The translations under genes were made by a program, and so were the position numbers. 64,000 nucleotides of DNA from Eledone cirrhosa (lineage: Eukaryota), in contig OZ024753.1 of the NCBI GenBank assembly GCA_964016885.1, forward strand, positions 25,048,001 to 25,112,000. The letters are read 5' to 3'. The notes beneath the pieces were generated by a model, which worked only from the letters and a program-made list of their open reading frames with translations, had not been told where the DNA came from and did not search any database. This document shows positions 1 through 16,100 of this stretch, one piece after another (position 1 is the stretch's first letter; each line of letters begins with the position of its first letter).

Positions 1-1039
1 TAGAAACAGGATAGTAATAACTCCAGTCAAGATATAGAAACATGATAGTAATAACTCCAGTCAAGACATAGAAACATGATAGTAATAACTCCAACCAAGT
101 CATAGAAACATGATAGTAATAACTCCAGTCAAGACATAGAAACAGGATAGTAATAACTCCAGTCAAGAGATAGAAACATTATAGTAATAACACCTACCAA
201 GACATAGGAACAGGATAGTAATAACTCCAGTCAAAACATAGAAACAGGATAGTAATAACTCCAACCAAGATATAGAAACAGGATAGTAATAACTCCAGTC
301 AAGACATAGAAACATGATAATAATAACTCCAACCAAGACATAGAAACATGATAGTAATAAACCCAATCATGACATAAAAACATGATAATAATAACTTCAG
401 TCAAGATATAGAAACATGATAGTAATAACTCCAGTCAAGATATAGAAACATGATAGTAATAACTCCAGCCAAGACATAGAAACATGATAGTAATAACTCC
501 AGCCAACACATAGAAACATGATAGTAATAACTCCAGCCAAGATATAGAAACAGGATAGTAATAACTCCAGTCAAGACATAGAAACATGATAGTAATAACT
601 CCAGTCAAGACATAGAAACAGGATAGTAATAACTCCAGTCAAGACATAGAAACATTATAGTAATAACACCAACCAAGACATAGGAACAGGATAGTAATAA
701 CTCCAGTCAAGACATAGAAACAGGATAGTAATAACTCCAACCAAGACATAGAAACAGGATAGTAATAACTCCAACCAAAATATGGAAACAAGATAGTAAT
801 AACTCCAACCAAGACATAGAAACATGATAGTAATAACTCCAACCAAGACATAGAAACAGGATAGTAATAACTCCAACCAAGATATAGAAATAGGATAGTA
901 ATAACTCCAACCAAAATATTGAAACATGATAGTAATAACTCCAACCAAGATATAGAAACAGGATAGTAATAACTCCAACCAAGACATAGAAACAGGATAG
1001 TAATAACTCCAAACTAAATGTGGAAACATGATAGTAATA

Positions 1040-3500
1040 ACTCCAATCAAGACATAGAAACAGGATAGTAATAACTCCTACCAAGACATAGAAACATGAT
1101 AGTAATAACTCCAACCAAGACATAGAAACAGGATAGTAATAACTCCAGCCAAGATATAGAAACAGGATAGTAATAACTCCAACCAAGACATAGAAACATG
1201 ATAGTAATAACTCCAACCAAGATATAGAAACAGGATAGTAATAACTCCAACCAAGACATAGAAAAAGGATAGTAATAACTCCAGCCAAGACATAGAAACA
1301 GGATAGTAATAACTACAACCAAGATATAGAAACAGGATAGTAATAACTCCAACCAAGACATAGAAAAAGGATAGTAATAACTCCAGCCAAGATATAGAAA
1401 CAGGATAGTAATAACTCCAACCAAGACATAGAAACAGGATAGTAATAACTCCAACCAAGACATAGAAACAGGATAGTAATAACTCCAACCAAGACATAGA
1501 AACAGGATAGTAATAACTACAACCAAGATATAGAAACATGATAGTAATAACTCCAGCCAAGATATAGAAACAGGATAGTAATAACTCCAACCAAGACATA
1601 GAAACAGGATAGTAATAACTCCAACCAAAATATGGAAACATGATAGTAATAACTCCAATCAAGACATAGAAACAGGATAGTAATAACTCCAGTCAAGACA
1701 TAGAAACAGGATAGTAATAACTCCAGCCAAGATATAGAAACAGGATAGTAATAACTCCAGTCAAGACATAGAAACATGATAGTAATAACTCCAGTCAAGA
1801 CATAGAAACATGATAGTAATAACTCCAGTCAAGACATAGAAACAGGATAGTAATAACTCCAGTCAAGACATAGAAACAGGATAGTAATAACTCCAACCAA
1901 GACATAGAAACATGATAGTAATAACTCCAACCAAGATATAGAAACAGGATAGTAATAACTCAAACCAAGATATAGAAACAGGATAGTAATAACTCCAACC
2001 AAGACATAGAAACATGATAGTAATAACTCCAGCCAAGATATAGAAACATGATGGTAATAACTCCAGCCAAGACATAGAAACATGATAGTAATAACTCCAG
2101 CCAACACATAGAAACATGATAGTAATAACTCCAGCCAAGATATAGAAACAGGATAGTAATAACTCCAGTCAAGACATAGAAACATGATAGTAATAACTCC
2201 AGTCAAGACATAGAAACATGATAGTAATAACTCCAATCAAGACATAGAAACAGGATAGTAATAACTCCTACCAAGACATAGAAACATGATAGTAATAACT
2301 CCAACCAAGACATAGAAACAGGATAGTAATAACTCCAGCCAAGATATAGAAACAGGATAGTAATAACTCCAACCAAGACATAGAAACATGATAGTAATAA
2401 CTCCAACCAAGATATAGAAACAGGATAGTAATAACTCCAACCAAGACATAGAAACATGATAGTAATAACTCCAACCAAGATATAGAAACAGGATAGTAAT
2501 AACTCCAACCAAGACATAGAAACATGATAGTAATAACTCAAACCAAGATATAGAAACAGGATAGTAATAACTCCAACCAAGACATAGAAAAAGGATAGTA
2601 ATAACTCCAGCCAAGATATAGAAACAGGATAGTAATAACTCCAACCAAGACATAGAAACAGGATAGTAATAACTACAACCAAGATATAGAAACAGGATAG
2701 TAATAACTCCAACCAAGACATAGAAAAAGGATAGTAATAACTCCAGCCAAGATATAGAAACAAGATAGTAATAACTCCAGCCAAGATATAGAAACAAGAT
2801 AGTAATAACTCCAACCAAGACATAGAAACAGGATAGTAATAACTCCAACCAAGACATAGAAACAGGATAGTAATAACTCCAACCAAGACATAGAAACAGG
2901 ATAGTAATAACTCCAACCAAGACATAGAAACAGGATAGTAATAACTCCAACCAAAATATGGAAACATGATAGTAATAACTCCAATCAAGACATAGAAACA
3001 GGATAGTAATAACTCCAGTCAAGACATAGAAACATGATAGTAATAACTCCAGTCAAGACATAGAAACAGGATAGTAATAACTCCAGTCAAGACATAGAAA
3101 CAGGATAGTAATAACTCCAACCAAGACATAGAAACATGATAGTAATAACTCCAACCAAGATATAGAAACAGGATAGTAATAACTCAAACCAAGATATAGA
3201 AACAGGATAGTAATAACTCCAACCAAGACATAGAAACATGATAGTAATAACTCCAGCCAAGATATAGAAACATGATAGTAATAACTCCAGCCAAGACATA
3301 GAAACATGATAGTAATAACTCCAGCCAACACATAGAAACATGATAGTAATAACTCCAGCCAAGATATAGAAACAGGATAGTAATAACTCCAGTCAAGACA
3401 TAGAAACATGATAGTAATAACTCCAGTCAAGACATAGAAACATGATAGTAATAACTCCAATCAAGACATAGAAACAGGATAGTAATAACTCCTACCAAGA
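1040..3500. repeat. About 35-36-monomer higher-order repeat units
   Basis: The CCTACC marker recurs at about 1077, 2267 and 3491 (offsets 1190 = 35x34 and 1224 = 36x34). The ORF pairs 1829/3053, 1863/3087 and 1960/3184 are all offset by 1224. Confidence 0.8.
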
Positions 3501-6500
3501 CATAGAAACATGATAGTAATAACTCCAACCAAGACATAGAAACAGGATAGTAATAACTCCAGCCAAGATATAGAAACAGGATAGTAATAACTCCAACCAA
3601 GATATAGAAACAGGATAGTAATAACTCCAACCAAGACATAGAAACATGATAGTAATAACTCCAACCAAGATATAGAAACAGGATAGTAATAACTCCAACC
3701 AAGACATAGAAACATGATAGTAATAACTCAAACCAAGATATAGAAACAGGATAGTAATAACTCCAACCAAGACATAGAAAAAGGATAGTAATAACTCCAG
3801 CCAAGATATAGAAACAGGATAGTAATAACTCCAACCAAGACATAGAAACAGGATAGTAATAACTACAACCAAGATATAGAAACAGGATAGTAATAACTCC
3901 AACCAAGACATAGAAAAAGGATAGTAATAACTCCAGCCAAGATATAGAAACAGGATAGTAATAACTCCAACCAAGACATAGAAACAGGATAGTAATAACT
4001 CCAACCAAAATATGGAAACATGATAGTAATAACTCCAATCAAGACATAGAAACAGGATAGTAATAACTCCAACCAAGACAGAGAAACAGGATAGTAATAA
4101 CTCCAGTCAAGACATAGAAACAGGATAGTAATAACTCCAGCCAAGATATAGAAACAGGATAGTAATAACTCCAGTCAAGACATAGAAACATGATAGTAAT
4201 AACTCCAGTCAAGACATAGAAACATGATAGTAATAACTCCAACCAAGTCATAGAAACATGATAGTAATAACTCCAGTCAAGACACAGAAACAGGATAGTA
4301 ATAACTCCAGTCAAGACATAGAAACATTATAGTAATAACACCAACCAAGACATAGGAACAGGATAGTAATAACTCCAGTCAAGACATAGAAACAGGATAG
4401 TAATAACTCCAACCAAGACATAGAAACAGGATAGTAATAACTCAAACCAAGATATAGAAACAGGATAGTAATAACTCCAACCAAGACATAGAAAAAGGAT
4501 AGTAATAACTCCAGCCAAGATATAGAAACAGGATAGTAATAACTCCAACCAAGACATAGAAACAGGATAGTAATAACTACAACCAAGATATAGAAACAGG
4601 ATAGTAATAACTCCAACCAAGACATAGAAAAAGGATAGTAATAACTCCAGCCAAGATATAGAAACAGGATAGTAATAACTCCAACCAAGACATAGAAACA
4701 GGATAGTAATAACTCCAACCAAAATATGGAAACATGATAGTAATAACTCCAATCAAGACATAGAAACAGGATAGTAATAACTCCAACCAAGACAGAGAAA
4801 CAGGATAGTAATAACTCCAGTCAAGACATAGAAACAGGATAGTAATAACTCCAGCCAAGATATAGAAACAGGATAGTAATAACTCCAGTCAAGACATAGA
4901 AACATGATAGTAATAACTCCAGTCAAGACATAGAAACATGATAGTAATAACTCCAACCAAGTCATAGAAACATGATAGTAATAACTCCAGTCAAGACACA
5001 GAAACAGGATAGTAATAACTCCAGTCAAGACATAGAAACATTATAGTAATAACACCAACCAAGACATAGGAACAGGATAGTAATAACTCCAGTCAAGACA
5101 TAGAAACAGGATAGTAATAACTCCAACCAAGACATAGAAACATGATAGTAATAACTCCAACCAAGATATAGAAACAGGATAGTAATAACTCCAACCAAGA
5201 CATAGAAACATGATAGTAATAACTCCAACCAAGATATAGAAACAGGATAGTAATAACTCCAACCAAGACATAGAAACATGATAGTAATAACTCAAACCAA
5301 GATATAGAAACAGGATAGTAATAACTCCAACCAAGACATAGAAAAAGGATAGTAATAACTCCAGCCAAGATATAGAAACAGGATAGTAATAACTCCAACC
5401 AAGACATAGAAACAGGATAGTAATAACTACAACCAAGATATAGAAACAGGATAGTAATAACTCCAACCAAGACATAGAAAAAGGATAGTAATAACTCCAG
5501 CCAAGATATAGAAACAAGATAGTAATAACTCCAGCCAAGATATAGAAACAAGATAGTAATAACTCCAACCAAGACATAGAAACAGGATAGTAATAACTCC
5601 AACCAAGACATAGAAACAGGATAGTAATAACTCCAACCAAGACATAGAAACAGGATAGTAATAACTCCAACCAAGACATAGAAACAGGATAGTAATAACT
5701 CCAACCAAAATATGGAAACATGATAGTAATAACTCCAATCAAGACATAGAAACAGGATAGTAATAACTCCAGTCAAGACATAGAAACATGATAGTAATAA
5801 CTCCAGTCAAGACATAGAAACAGGATAGTAATAACTCCAGTCAAGACATAGAAACAGGATAGTAATAACTCCAACCAAGACATAGAAACATGATAGTAAT
5901 AACTCCAACCAAGATATAGAAACAGGATAGTAATAACTCAAACCAAGATATAGAAACAGGATAGTAATAACTCCAACCAAGACATAGAAACATGATAGTA
6001 ATAACTCCAGCCAACACATAGAAACATGATAGTAATAACTCCAGCCAAGATATAGAAACAGGATAGTAATAACTCCAGTCAAGACATAGAAACATGATAG
6101 TAATAACTCCAGTCAAGACATAGAAACATGATAGTAATAACTCCAATCAAGACATAGAAACAGGATAGTAATAACTCCTACCAAGACATAGAAACATGAT
6201 AGTAATAACTCCAACCAAGACATAGAAACAGGATAGTAATAACTCCAGCCAAGATATAGAAACAGGATAGTAATAACTCCAACCAAGATATAGAAACAGG
6301 ATAGTAATAACTCCAACCAAGACATAGAAACATGATAGTAATAACTCCAACCAAGATATAGAAACAGGATAGCAATAACTCCAACCAAGACATAGAAACA
6401 TGATAGTAATAACTCAAACCAAGATATAGAAACAGGATAGTAATAACTCCAACCAAGACATAGAAAAAGGATAGTAATAACTCCAGCCAAGATATAGAAA

Positions 6501-9500
6501 CAGGATAGTAATAACTCCAACCAAGACATAGAAACAGGATAGTAATAACTACAACCAAGATATAGAAACAGGATAGTAATAACTCCAACCAAGACATAGA
6601 AAAAGGATAGTAATAACTCCAGCCAAGATATAGAAACAGGATAGTAATAACTCCAACCAAGACATAGAAACAGGATAGTAATAACTCCAACCAAAATATG
6701 GAAACATGATAGTAATAACTCCAATCAAGACATAGAAACAGGATAGTAATAACTCCAACCAAGACAGAGAAACAGGATAGTAATAACTCCAGTCAAGACA
6801 TAGAAACAGGATAGTAATAACTCCAGCCAAGATATAGAAACAGGATAGTAATAACTCCAGTCAAGACATAGAAACATGATAGTAATAACTCCAGTCAAGA
6901 CATAGAAACATGATAGTAATAACTCCAACCAAGTCATAGAAACATGATAGTAATAACTCCAGTCAAGACACAGAAACAGGATAGTAATAACTCCAGTCAA
7001 GACATAGAAACATTATAGTAATAACACCAACCAAGACATAGGAACAGGATAGTAATAACTCCAGTCAAGACATAGAAACAGGATAGTAATAACTCCAACC
7101 AAGACATAGAAACAGGATAGTAATAACTCAAACCAAGATATAGAAACAGGATAGTAATAACTCCAACCAAGACATAGAAAAAGGATAGTAATAACTCCAG
7201 CCAAGATATAGAAACAGGATAGTAATAACTCCAACCAAGACATAGAAACAGGATAGTAATAACTACAACCAAGATATAGAAACAGGATAGTAATAACTCC
7301 AACCAAGACATAGAAAAAGGATAGTAATAACTCCAGCCAAGATATAGAAACAGGATAGTAATAACTCCAACCAAGACATAGAAACAGGATAGTAATAACT
7401 CCAACCAAAATATGGAAACATGATAGTAATAACTCCAATCAAGACATAGAAACAGGATAGTAATAACTCCAACCAAGACAGAGAAACAGGATAGTAATAA
7501 CTCCAGTCAAGACATAGAAACAGGATAGTAATAACTCCAGCCAAGATATAGAAACAGGATAGTAATAACTCCAGTCAAGACATAGAAACATGATAGTAAT
7601 AACTCCAGTCAAGACATAGAAACATGATAGTAATAACTCCAACCAAGTCATAGAAACATGATAGTAATAACTCCAGTCAAGACACAGAAACAGGATAGTA
7701 ATAACTCCAGTCAAGACATAGAAACATTATAGTAATAACACCAACCAAGACATAGGAACAGGATAGTAATAACTCCAGTCAAGACATAGAAACAGGATAG
7801 TAATAACTCCAACCAAGACATAGAAACATGATAGTAATAACTCCAACCAAGATATAGAAACAGGATAGTAATAACTCCAACCAAGACATAGAAACATGAT
7901 AGTAATAACTCCAACCAAGATATAGAAACAGGATAGTAATAACTCCAACCAAGACATAGAAACATGATAGTAATAACTCAAACCAAGATATAGAAACAGG
8001 ATAGTAATAACTCCAACCAAGACATAGAAAAAGGATAGTAATAACTCCAGCCAAGATATAGAAACAGGATAGTAATAACTCCAACCAAGACATAGAAACA
8101 GGATAGTAATAACTACAACCAAGATATAGAAACAGGATAGTAATAACTCCAACCAAGACATAGAAAAAGGATAGTAATAACTCCAGCCAAGATATAGAAA
8201 CAAGATAGTAATAACTCCAGCCAAGATATAGAAACAAGATAGTAATAACTCCAACCAAGACATAGAAACAGGATAGTAATAACTCCAACCAAGACATAGA
8301 AACAGGATAGTAATAACTCCAACCAAGACATAGAAACAGGATAGTAATAACTCCAACCAAGACATAGAAACAGGATAGTAATAACTCCAACCAAAATATG
8401 GAAACATGATAGTAATAACTCCAATCAAGACATAGAAACAGGATAGTAATAACTCCAGTCAAGACATAGAAACATGATAGTAATAACTCCAGTCAAGACA
8501 TAGAAACAGGATAGTAATAACTCCAGTCAAGACATAGAAACAGGATAGTAATAACTCCAACCAAGACATAGAAACATGATAGTAATAACTCCAACCAAGA
8601 TATAGAAACAGGATAGTAATAACTCCAACCAAGACATAGAAACATGATAGTAATAACTCCAGCCAAGATATAGAAACATGATAGTAATAACTCCAGCCAA
8701 GACATAGAAACATGATAGTAATAACTCCAGCCAACACAGAAACATGATAGTAATAACTCCAGCCAAGATATAGAAACAGGATAGTAATAACTCCAGTCAA
8801 GACATAGAAACATGATAGTAATAACTCCAGTCAAGACATAGAAACATGATAGTAATAACTCCAACCAAGTCATAGAAACATGATAGTAATAACTCCAATC
8901 AAGACATAGAAACAGGATAGTAATAACTCCTACCAAGACATAGAAACATGATAGTAATAACTCCAACCAAGACATAGAAACAGGATAGTAATAACTCCAG
9001 CCAAGATATAGAAACAGGATAGTAATAACTCCAACCAAGATATAGAAACAGGATAGTAATAACTCCAACCAAGACATAGAAACATGATAGTAATAACTCC
9101 AACCAAGATATAGAAACAGGATAGTAATAACTCCAACCAAGACATAGAAACATGATAGTAATAACTCAAACCAAGATATAGAAACAGGATAGTAATAACT
9201 CCAACCAAGACATAGAAAAAGGATAGTAATAACTCCAGCCAAGATATGGAAACAGGATAGTAATAACTCCAACCAAGACATAGAAACAGGATAGTAATAA
9301 CTACAACCAAGATATAGAAACAGGATAGTAATAACTCCAACCAAGACATAGAAAAAGGATAGTAATAACTCCAGCCAAGATATAGAAACAGGATAGTAAT
9401 AACTCCAACCAAGACATAGAAACAGGATAGTAATAACTCCAACCAAAATATGGAAACATGATAGTAATAACTCCAATCAAGACATAGAAACAGGATAGTA

Positions 9501-10130
9501 ATAACTCCAACCAAGACAGAGAAACAGGATAGTAATAACTCCAGTCAAGACATAGAAACAGGATAGTAATAACTCCAGCCAAGATATAGAAACAGGATAG
9601 TAATAACTCCAGTCAAGACATAGAAACATGATAGTAATAACTCCAGTCAAGACATAGAAACATGATAGTAATAACTCCAACCAAGTCATAGAAACATGAT
9701 AGTAATAACTCCAGTCAAGACACAGAAACAGGATAGTAATAACTCCAGTCAAGACATAGAAACATTATAGTAATAACACCAACCAAGACATAGGAACAGG
9801 ATAGTAATAACTCCAGTCAAGACATAGAAACAGGATAGTAATAACTCCAACCAAGACATAGAAACAGGATAGTAATAACTCAAACCAAGATATAGAAACA
9901 GGATAGTAATAACTCCAACCAAGACATAGAAAAAGGATAGTAATAACTCCAGCCAAGATATAGAAACAGGATAGTAATAACTCCAACCAAGACATAGAAA
10001 CAGGATAGTAATAACTACAACCAAGATATAGAAACAGGATAGTAATAACTCCAACCAAGACATAGAAAAAGGATAGTAATAACTCCAGCCAAGATATAGA
10101 AACAGGATAGTAATAACTCCAACCAAGACA
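3290..10130. repeat. 2686-bp (79-monomer) tandem duplication with a third partial copy; each full copy contains a 714-bp (21-monomer) internal duplication
   Basis: ORF pairs 3427/6113, 4311/6997, 5041/7727 and 5427/8113 are offset by 2686. Pairs 4039/4753 and 6725/7439 are offset by 714. The third copy is offset by 2752 (6178/8930, 6997/9749), which is 81x34 minus the 2-bp deletion at about 8738. Confidence 0.9.
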
Positions 10131-13100
10131 TAGAAACATGATAGTAATAACTCCAACCAAGTCATAGAAACATGATAGTAATAACTCCAGTCAAGACACA
10201 GAAACAGGATAGTAATAACTCCAGTCAAGACATAGAAACATTATAGTAATAACACCAACCAAGACATAGGAACAGGATAGTAATAACTCCAGTCAAGACA
10301 TAGAAACAGGATAGTAATAACTCCAACCAAGACATAGAAACAGGATAGTAATAACTCCAACCAAAATATGGAAACATGATAGTAATAACTCCAATCAAGA
10401 CATAGAAACAGGATAGTAATAACTCCAGTCAAGACATAGAAACAGGATAGTAATAACTCCAGTCAAGACATAGAAACATTATAGTAATAACACCAACCAA
10501 GACATAGGAACAGGATAGTAATAACTCCAGTCAAGACATAGAAACAGGATAGTAATAACTCCAACCAAGACATAGAAACAGGATAGTAATAACTCCAACC
10601 AAAATATGGAAACATGATAGTAATAACTCCAATCAAGACATAGAAACAGGATAGTAATAACTCCAGTCAAGACATAGAAACAGGATAGTAATAACTCCAG
10701 CCAAGATATAGAAACAGGATAGTAATAACTCCAGTCAAGACATAGAAACATGATAGTAATAACTCCAGTCAGGACATAGAAACATGATAGTAATAACTCC
10801 AGTCAAGACATAGAAACAGGATAGTAATAACTCCAGTCAAGACATAGAAACAGGATAGTAATAACTCCAACCAAGACATAGAAACATGATAGTAATAACT
10901 CCAACCAAGATATAGAAACAGGATAGTAATAACTCAAACCAAGATATAGAAACAGGATAGTAATAACTCCAACCAAGACATAGAAACATGATAGTAATAA
11001 CTCCAGCCAAGATATAGAAACATGATAGTAATAACTCCAGCCAAGACATAGAAACATGATAGTAATAACTCCAGCCAACACATAGAAACATGATAGTAAT
11101 AACTCCAGCCAAGATATAGAAACAGGATAGTAATAACTCAAGTCAAGACATAGAAACATGATAGTAATAACTCCAGTCAAGACATAGAAACATGATAGTA
11201 ATAACTCCAACCAAGTCATAGAAACATGATAGTAATAACTCCAATCAAGACATAGAAACAGGATAGTAATAACTCCTACCAAGACATAGAAACATGATAG
11301 TAATAACCCCAACCAAGACATAGAAACAGGATAGTAATAACTCCAGCCAAGATATAGAAACAGGATAGTAATAACTCCAACCAAGATATAGAAACAGGAT
11401 AGTAATAACTCCAACCAAGACATAGAAACATGATAGTAATAACTCCAACCAAGATATAGAAACAGGATAGTAATAACTCCAACCAAGACATAGAAACATG
11501 ATAGTAATAACTCAAACCAAGATATAGAAACAGGATAGTAATAACTCCAACCAAGACATAGAAAAAGGATAGTAATAACTCCAGCCAAGATATAGAAACA
11601 GGATAGTAATAACTCCAACCAAGACATAGAAACAGGATAGTAATAACTCCAACCAAGACATAGAAAAAGGATAGTAATAACTCCAGCCAAGATATAGAAA
11701 CAGGATAGTAATAACTCCAACCAAGACATAGAAACAGGATAGTAATAACTCCAACCAAGACATAGAAACAGGATAGTAATAACTCCAACCAAGACATAGA
11801 AACAGGATAGTAATAAGTACAACCAAGATATAGAAACATGATAGTAATAACTCCAGCCAAGATATAGAAACAGGATAGTAATAACTCCAACCAAGACATA
11901 GAAACATTATAGTAATAACACCAACCAAGACATAGGAACAGGATAGTAATAACTCCAGTCAAGACATAGAAACAGGATAGTAATAACTCCAACCAAGACA
12001 TAGAAACAGGATAGTAATAACTCCAACCAAAATATGGAAACATGATAGTAATAACTCCAATCAAGACATAGAAACAGGATAGTAATAACTCCAGTCAAGA
12101 CATAGAAACAGGATAGTAATAACTCCAGCCAAGATATAGAAACAGGATAGTAATAACTCCAGTCAAGACATAGAAACATGATAGTAATAACTCCAGTCAA
12201 GACATAGAAACATGATAGTAATAACTCCAGTCAAGACATAGAAACAGGATAGTAATAACTCCAGTCAAGACATAGAAACAGGATAGTAATAACTCCAACC
12301 AAGACATAGAAACATGATAGTAATAACTCCAACCAAGATATAGAAACAGGATAGTAATAACTCAAACCAAGATATAGAAACAGGATAGTAATAACTCCAA
12401 CCAAGACATAGAAACATGATAGTAATAACTCCAGCCAAGATATAGAAACATGATAGTAATAACTCCAGCCAAGACATAGAAACATGATAGTAATAACTCC
12501 AGCCAACACATAGAAACATGATAGTAATAACTCCAGCCAAGATATAGAAACAGGATAGTAATAACTCCAGTCAAGACATAGAAACATGATAGTAATAACT
12601 CCAGTCAAGACATAGAAACATGATAGTAATAACTCCAACCAAGTCATAGAAACATGATAGTAATAACTCCAATCAAGACATAGAAACAGGATAGTAATAA
12701 CTCCTACCAAGACATAGAAACATGATAGTAATAACTCCAACCAAGACATAGAAACAGGATAGTAATAACTCCAGCCAAGATATAGAAACAGGATAGTAAT
12801 AACTCCAACCAAGATATAGAAAAAGGATAGTAATAACTCCAACCAAGAGATAGAAACATGATAGTAATAACTCCAACCAAGATATAGAAACAGGATAGTA
12901 ATAACTCCAACCAAGACATAGAAACATGATAGTAATAACTCAAACCAAGATATAGAAACAGGATAGTAATAACTCCAACCAAGACATAGAAAAAGGATAG
13001 TAATAACTCCAGCCAAGATATAGAAACAGGATAGTAATAACTCCAACCAAGACATAGAAACAGGATAGTAATAACTACAACCAAGATATAGAAACAGGAT

Positions 13101-16100
13101 AGTAATAACTCCAACCAAGACATAGAAAAAGGATAGTAATAACTCCAGCCAAGATATAGAAACAGGATAGTAATAACTCCAACCAAGACATAGAAACAGG
13201 ATAGTAATAACTCCAACCAAGACATAGAAACAGGATAGTAATAACTCCAACCAAAATATGGAAACATGATAGTAATAACTCCAATCAAGACATAGAAACA
13301 GGATAGTAATAACTCCAGTCAAGACATAGAAACAGGATAGTAATAACTCCAGTCAAGACATAGAAACATTATAGTAATAACACCAACCAAGACATAGGAA
13401 CAGGATAGTAATAACTCCAGTCAAGACATAGAAACAGGATAGTAATAACTCCAACCAAGACATAGAAACAGGATAGTAATAACTCCAACCAAAATATGGA
13501 AACATGATAGTAATAACTCCAATCAAGACATAGAAACAGGATAGTAATAACTCCAGTCAAGACATAGAAACAGGATAGTAATAACTCCAGCCAAGATATA
13601 GAAACAGGATAGTAATAACTCCAGTCAAGACATAGAAACATGATAGTAATAACTCCAGTCAAGACATAGAAACATGATAGTAATAACTCCAACCAAGTCA
13701 TAGAAACATGATAGTAATAACTCCAGTCAAGACACAGAAACAGGATAGTAATAACTCCAGTCAAGACATAGAAACATTATAGTAATAACACCAACCAAGA
13801 CATAGGAACAGGATAGTAATAACTCCAGTCAAGACATAGAAACAGGATAGTAATAACTCCAACCAAGACATAGAAACAGGATAGTAATAACTCCAACCAA
13901 AATATGGAAACATGATAGTAATAACTCCAATCAAGACATAGAAACAGGATAGTAATAACTCCAGTCAAGACATAGAAACAGGATAGTAATAACTCCAGTC
14001 AAGACATAGAAACATTATAGTAATAACACCAACCAAGACATAGGAACAGGATAGTAATAACTCCAGTCAAGACATAGAAACAGGATAGTAATAACTCCAA
14101 CCAAGACATAGAAACAGGATAGTAATAACTCCAACCAAAATATGGAAACATGATAGTAATAACTCCAATCAAGACATAGAAACAGGATAGTAATAACTCC
14201 AGTCAAGACATAGAAACAGGATAGTAATAACTCCAGCCAAGATATAGAAACAGGATAGTAATAACTCCAGTCAAGACATAGAAACATGATAGTAATAACT
14301 CCAGTCAGGACATAGAAACATGATAGTAATAACTCCAGTCAAGACATAGAAACAGGATAGTAATAACTCCAGTCAAGACATAGAAACAGGATAGTAATAA
14401 CTCCAACCAAGACATAGAAACATGATAGTAATAACTCCAACCAAGATATAGAAACAGGATAGTAATAACTCAAACCAAGATATAGAAACAGGATAGTAAT
14501 AACTCCAACCAAGACATAGAAACATGATAGTAATAACTCCAGCCAAGATATAGAAACATGATAGTAATAACTCCAGCCAAGACATAGAAACATGATAGTA
14601 ATAACTCCAGCCAACACATAGAAACATGATAGTAATAACTCCAGCCAAGATATAGAAACAGGATAGTAATAACTCAAGTCAAGACATAGAAACATGATAG
14701 TAATAACTCCAGTCAAGACATAGAAACATGATAGTAATAACTCCAACCAAGTCATAGAAACATGATAGTAATAACTCCAATCAAGACATAGAAACAGGAT
14801 AGTAATAACTCCTACCAAGACATAGAAACATGATAGTAATAACTCCAACCAAGACATAGAAACAGGATAGTAATAACTCCAGCCAAGATATAGAAACAGG
14901 ATAGTAATAACTCCAACCAAGATATAGAAACAGGATAGTAATAACTCCAACCAAGATATAGAAACAGGATAGTAATAACTCCAACCAAGACATAGAAACA
15001 TGATAGTAATAACTCAAACCAAGATATAGAAACAGGATAGTAATAACTCCAACCAAGACATAGAAAAAGGATAGTAATAACTCCAGCCAAGATATAGAAA
15101 CAGGATAGTAATAACTCCAACCAAGACATAGAAACAGGATAGTAATAACTACAACCAAGATATAGAAACAGGATAGTAATAACTCCAACCAAGACATAGA
15201 AAAAGGATAGTAATAACTCCAGCCAAGATATAGAAACAGGATAGTAATAACTCCAACCAAGACATAGAAACAGGATAGTAATAACTCCAACCAAGACATA
15301 GAAACAGGATAGTAATAACTCCAACCAAGACATAGAAACAGGATAGTAATAAGTACAACCAAGATATAGAAACATGATAGTAATAACTCCAGCCAAGATA
15401 TAGAAACAGGATAGTAATAACTCCAACCAAGACATAGAAACAGGATAGTAATAACTCCAACCAAAATATGGAAACATGATAGTAATAACTCCAATCAAGA
15501 CATAGAAACAGGATAGTAATAACTCCAACCAAGACAGAGAAACAGGATAGTAATAACTCCAGTCAAGACATAGAAACATTATAGTAATAACACCAACCAA
15601 GACATAGGAACAGGATAGTAATAACTCCAGTCAAGACATAGAAACAGGATAGTAATAACTCCAACCAAGACATAGAAACAGGATAGTAATAACTCCAACC
15701 AAAATATGGAAACATGATAGTAATAACTCCAATCAAGACATAGAAACAGGATAGTAATAATTCCAGTCAAGACATAGAAACAGGATAGTAATAACTCCAG
15801 CCAAGATATAGAAACAGGATAGTAATAACTCCAGTCAAGACATAGAAACATGATAGTAATAACTCCAGTCAAGACATAGAAACATGATAGTAATAACTCC
15901 AGTCAAGACATAGAAACAGGATAGTAATAACTCCAGTCAAGACATAGAAACAGGATAGTAATAACTCCAACCAAGACATAGAAACATGATAGTAATAACT
16001 CCAACCAAGATATAGAAACAGGATAGTAATAACTCAAACCAAGATATAGAAACAGGATAGTAATAACTCCAACCAAGACATAGAAACATGATAGTAATAA

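Noticed and set aside
9-24. Hairpin in GGATAGTAATAACTCC, or a structured RNA or terminator
   Set aside because: Only 3-5 interrupted base pairs are possible, and the common G>T variant at position 9 weakens it with no compensating change.
1-34. Monomer derived from an approximately 11-bp sub-repeat (ATAGAAACAGG / ATAGTAATAAC)
   Set aside because: The match is only 7 of 11 in very A-rich sequence, and the third part does not match, so it is too weak to support.
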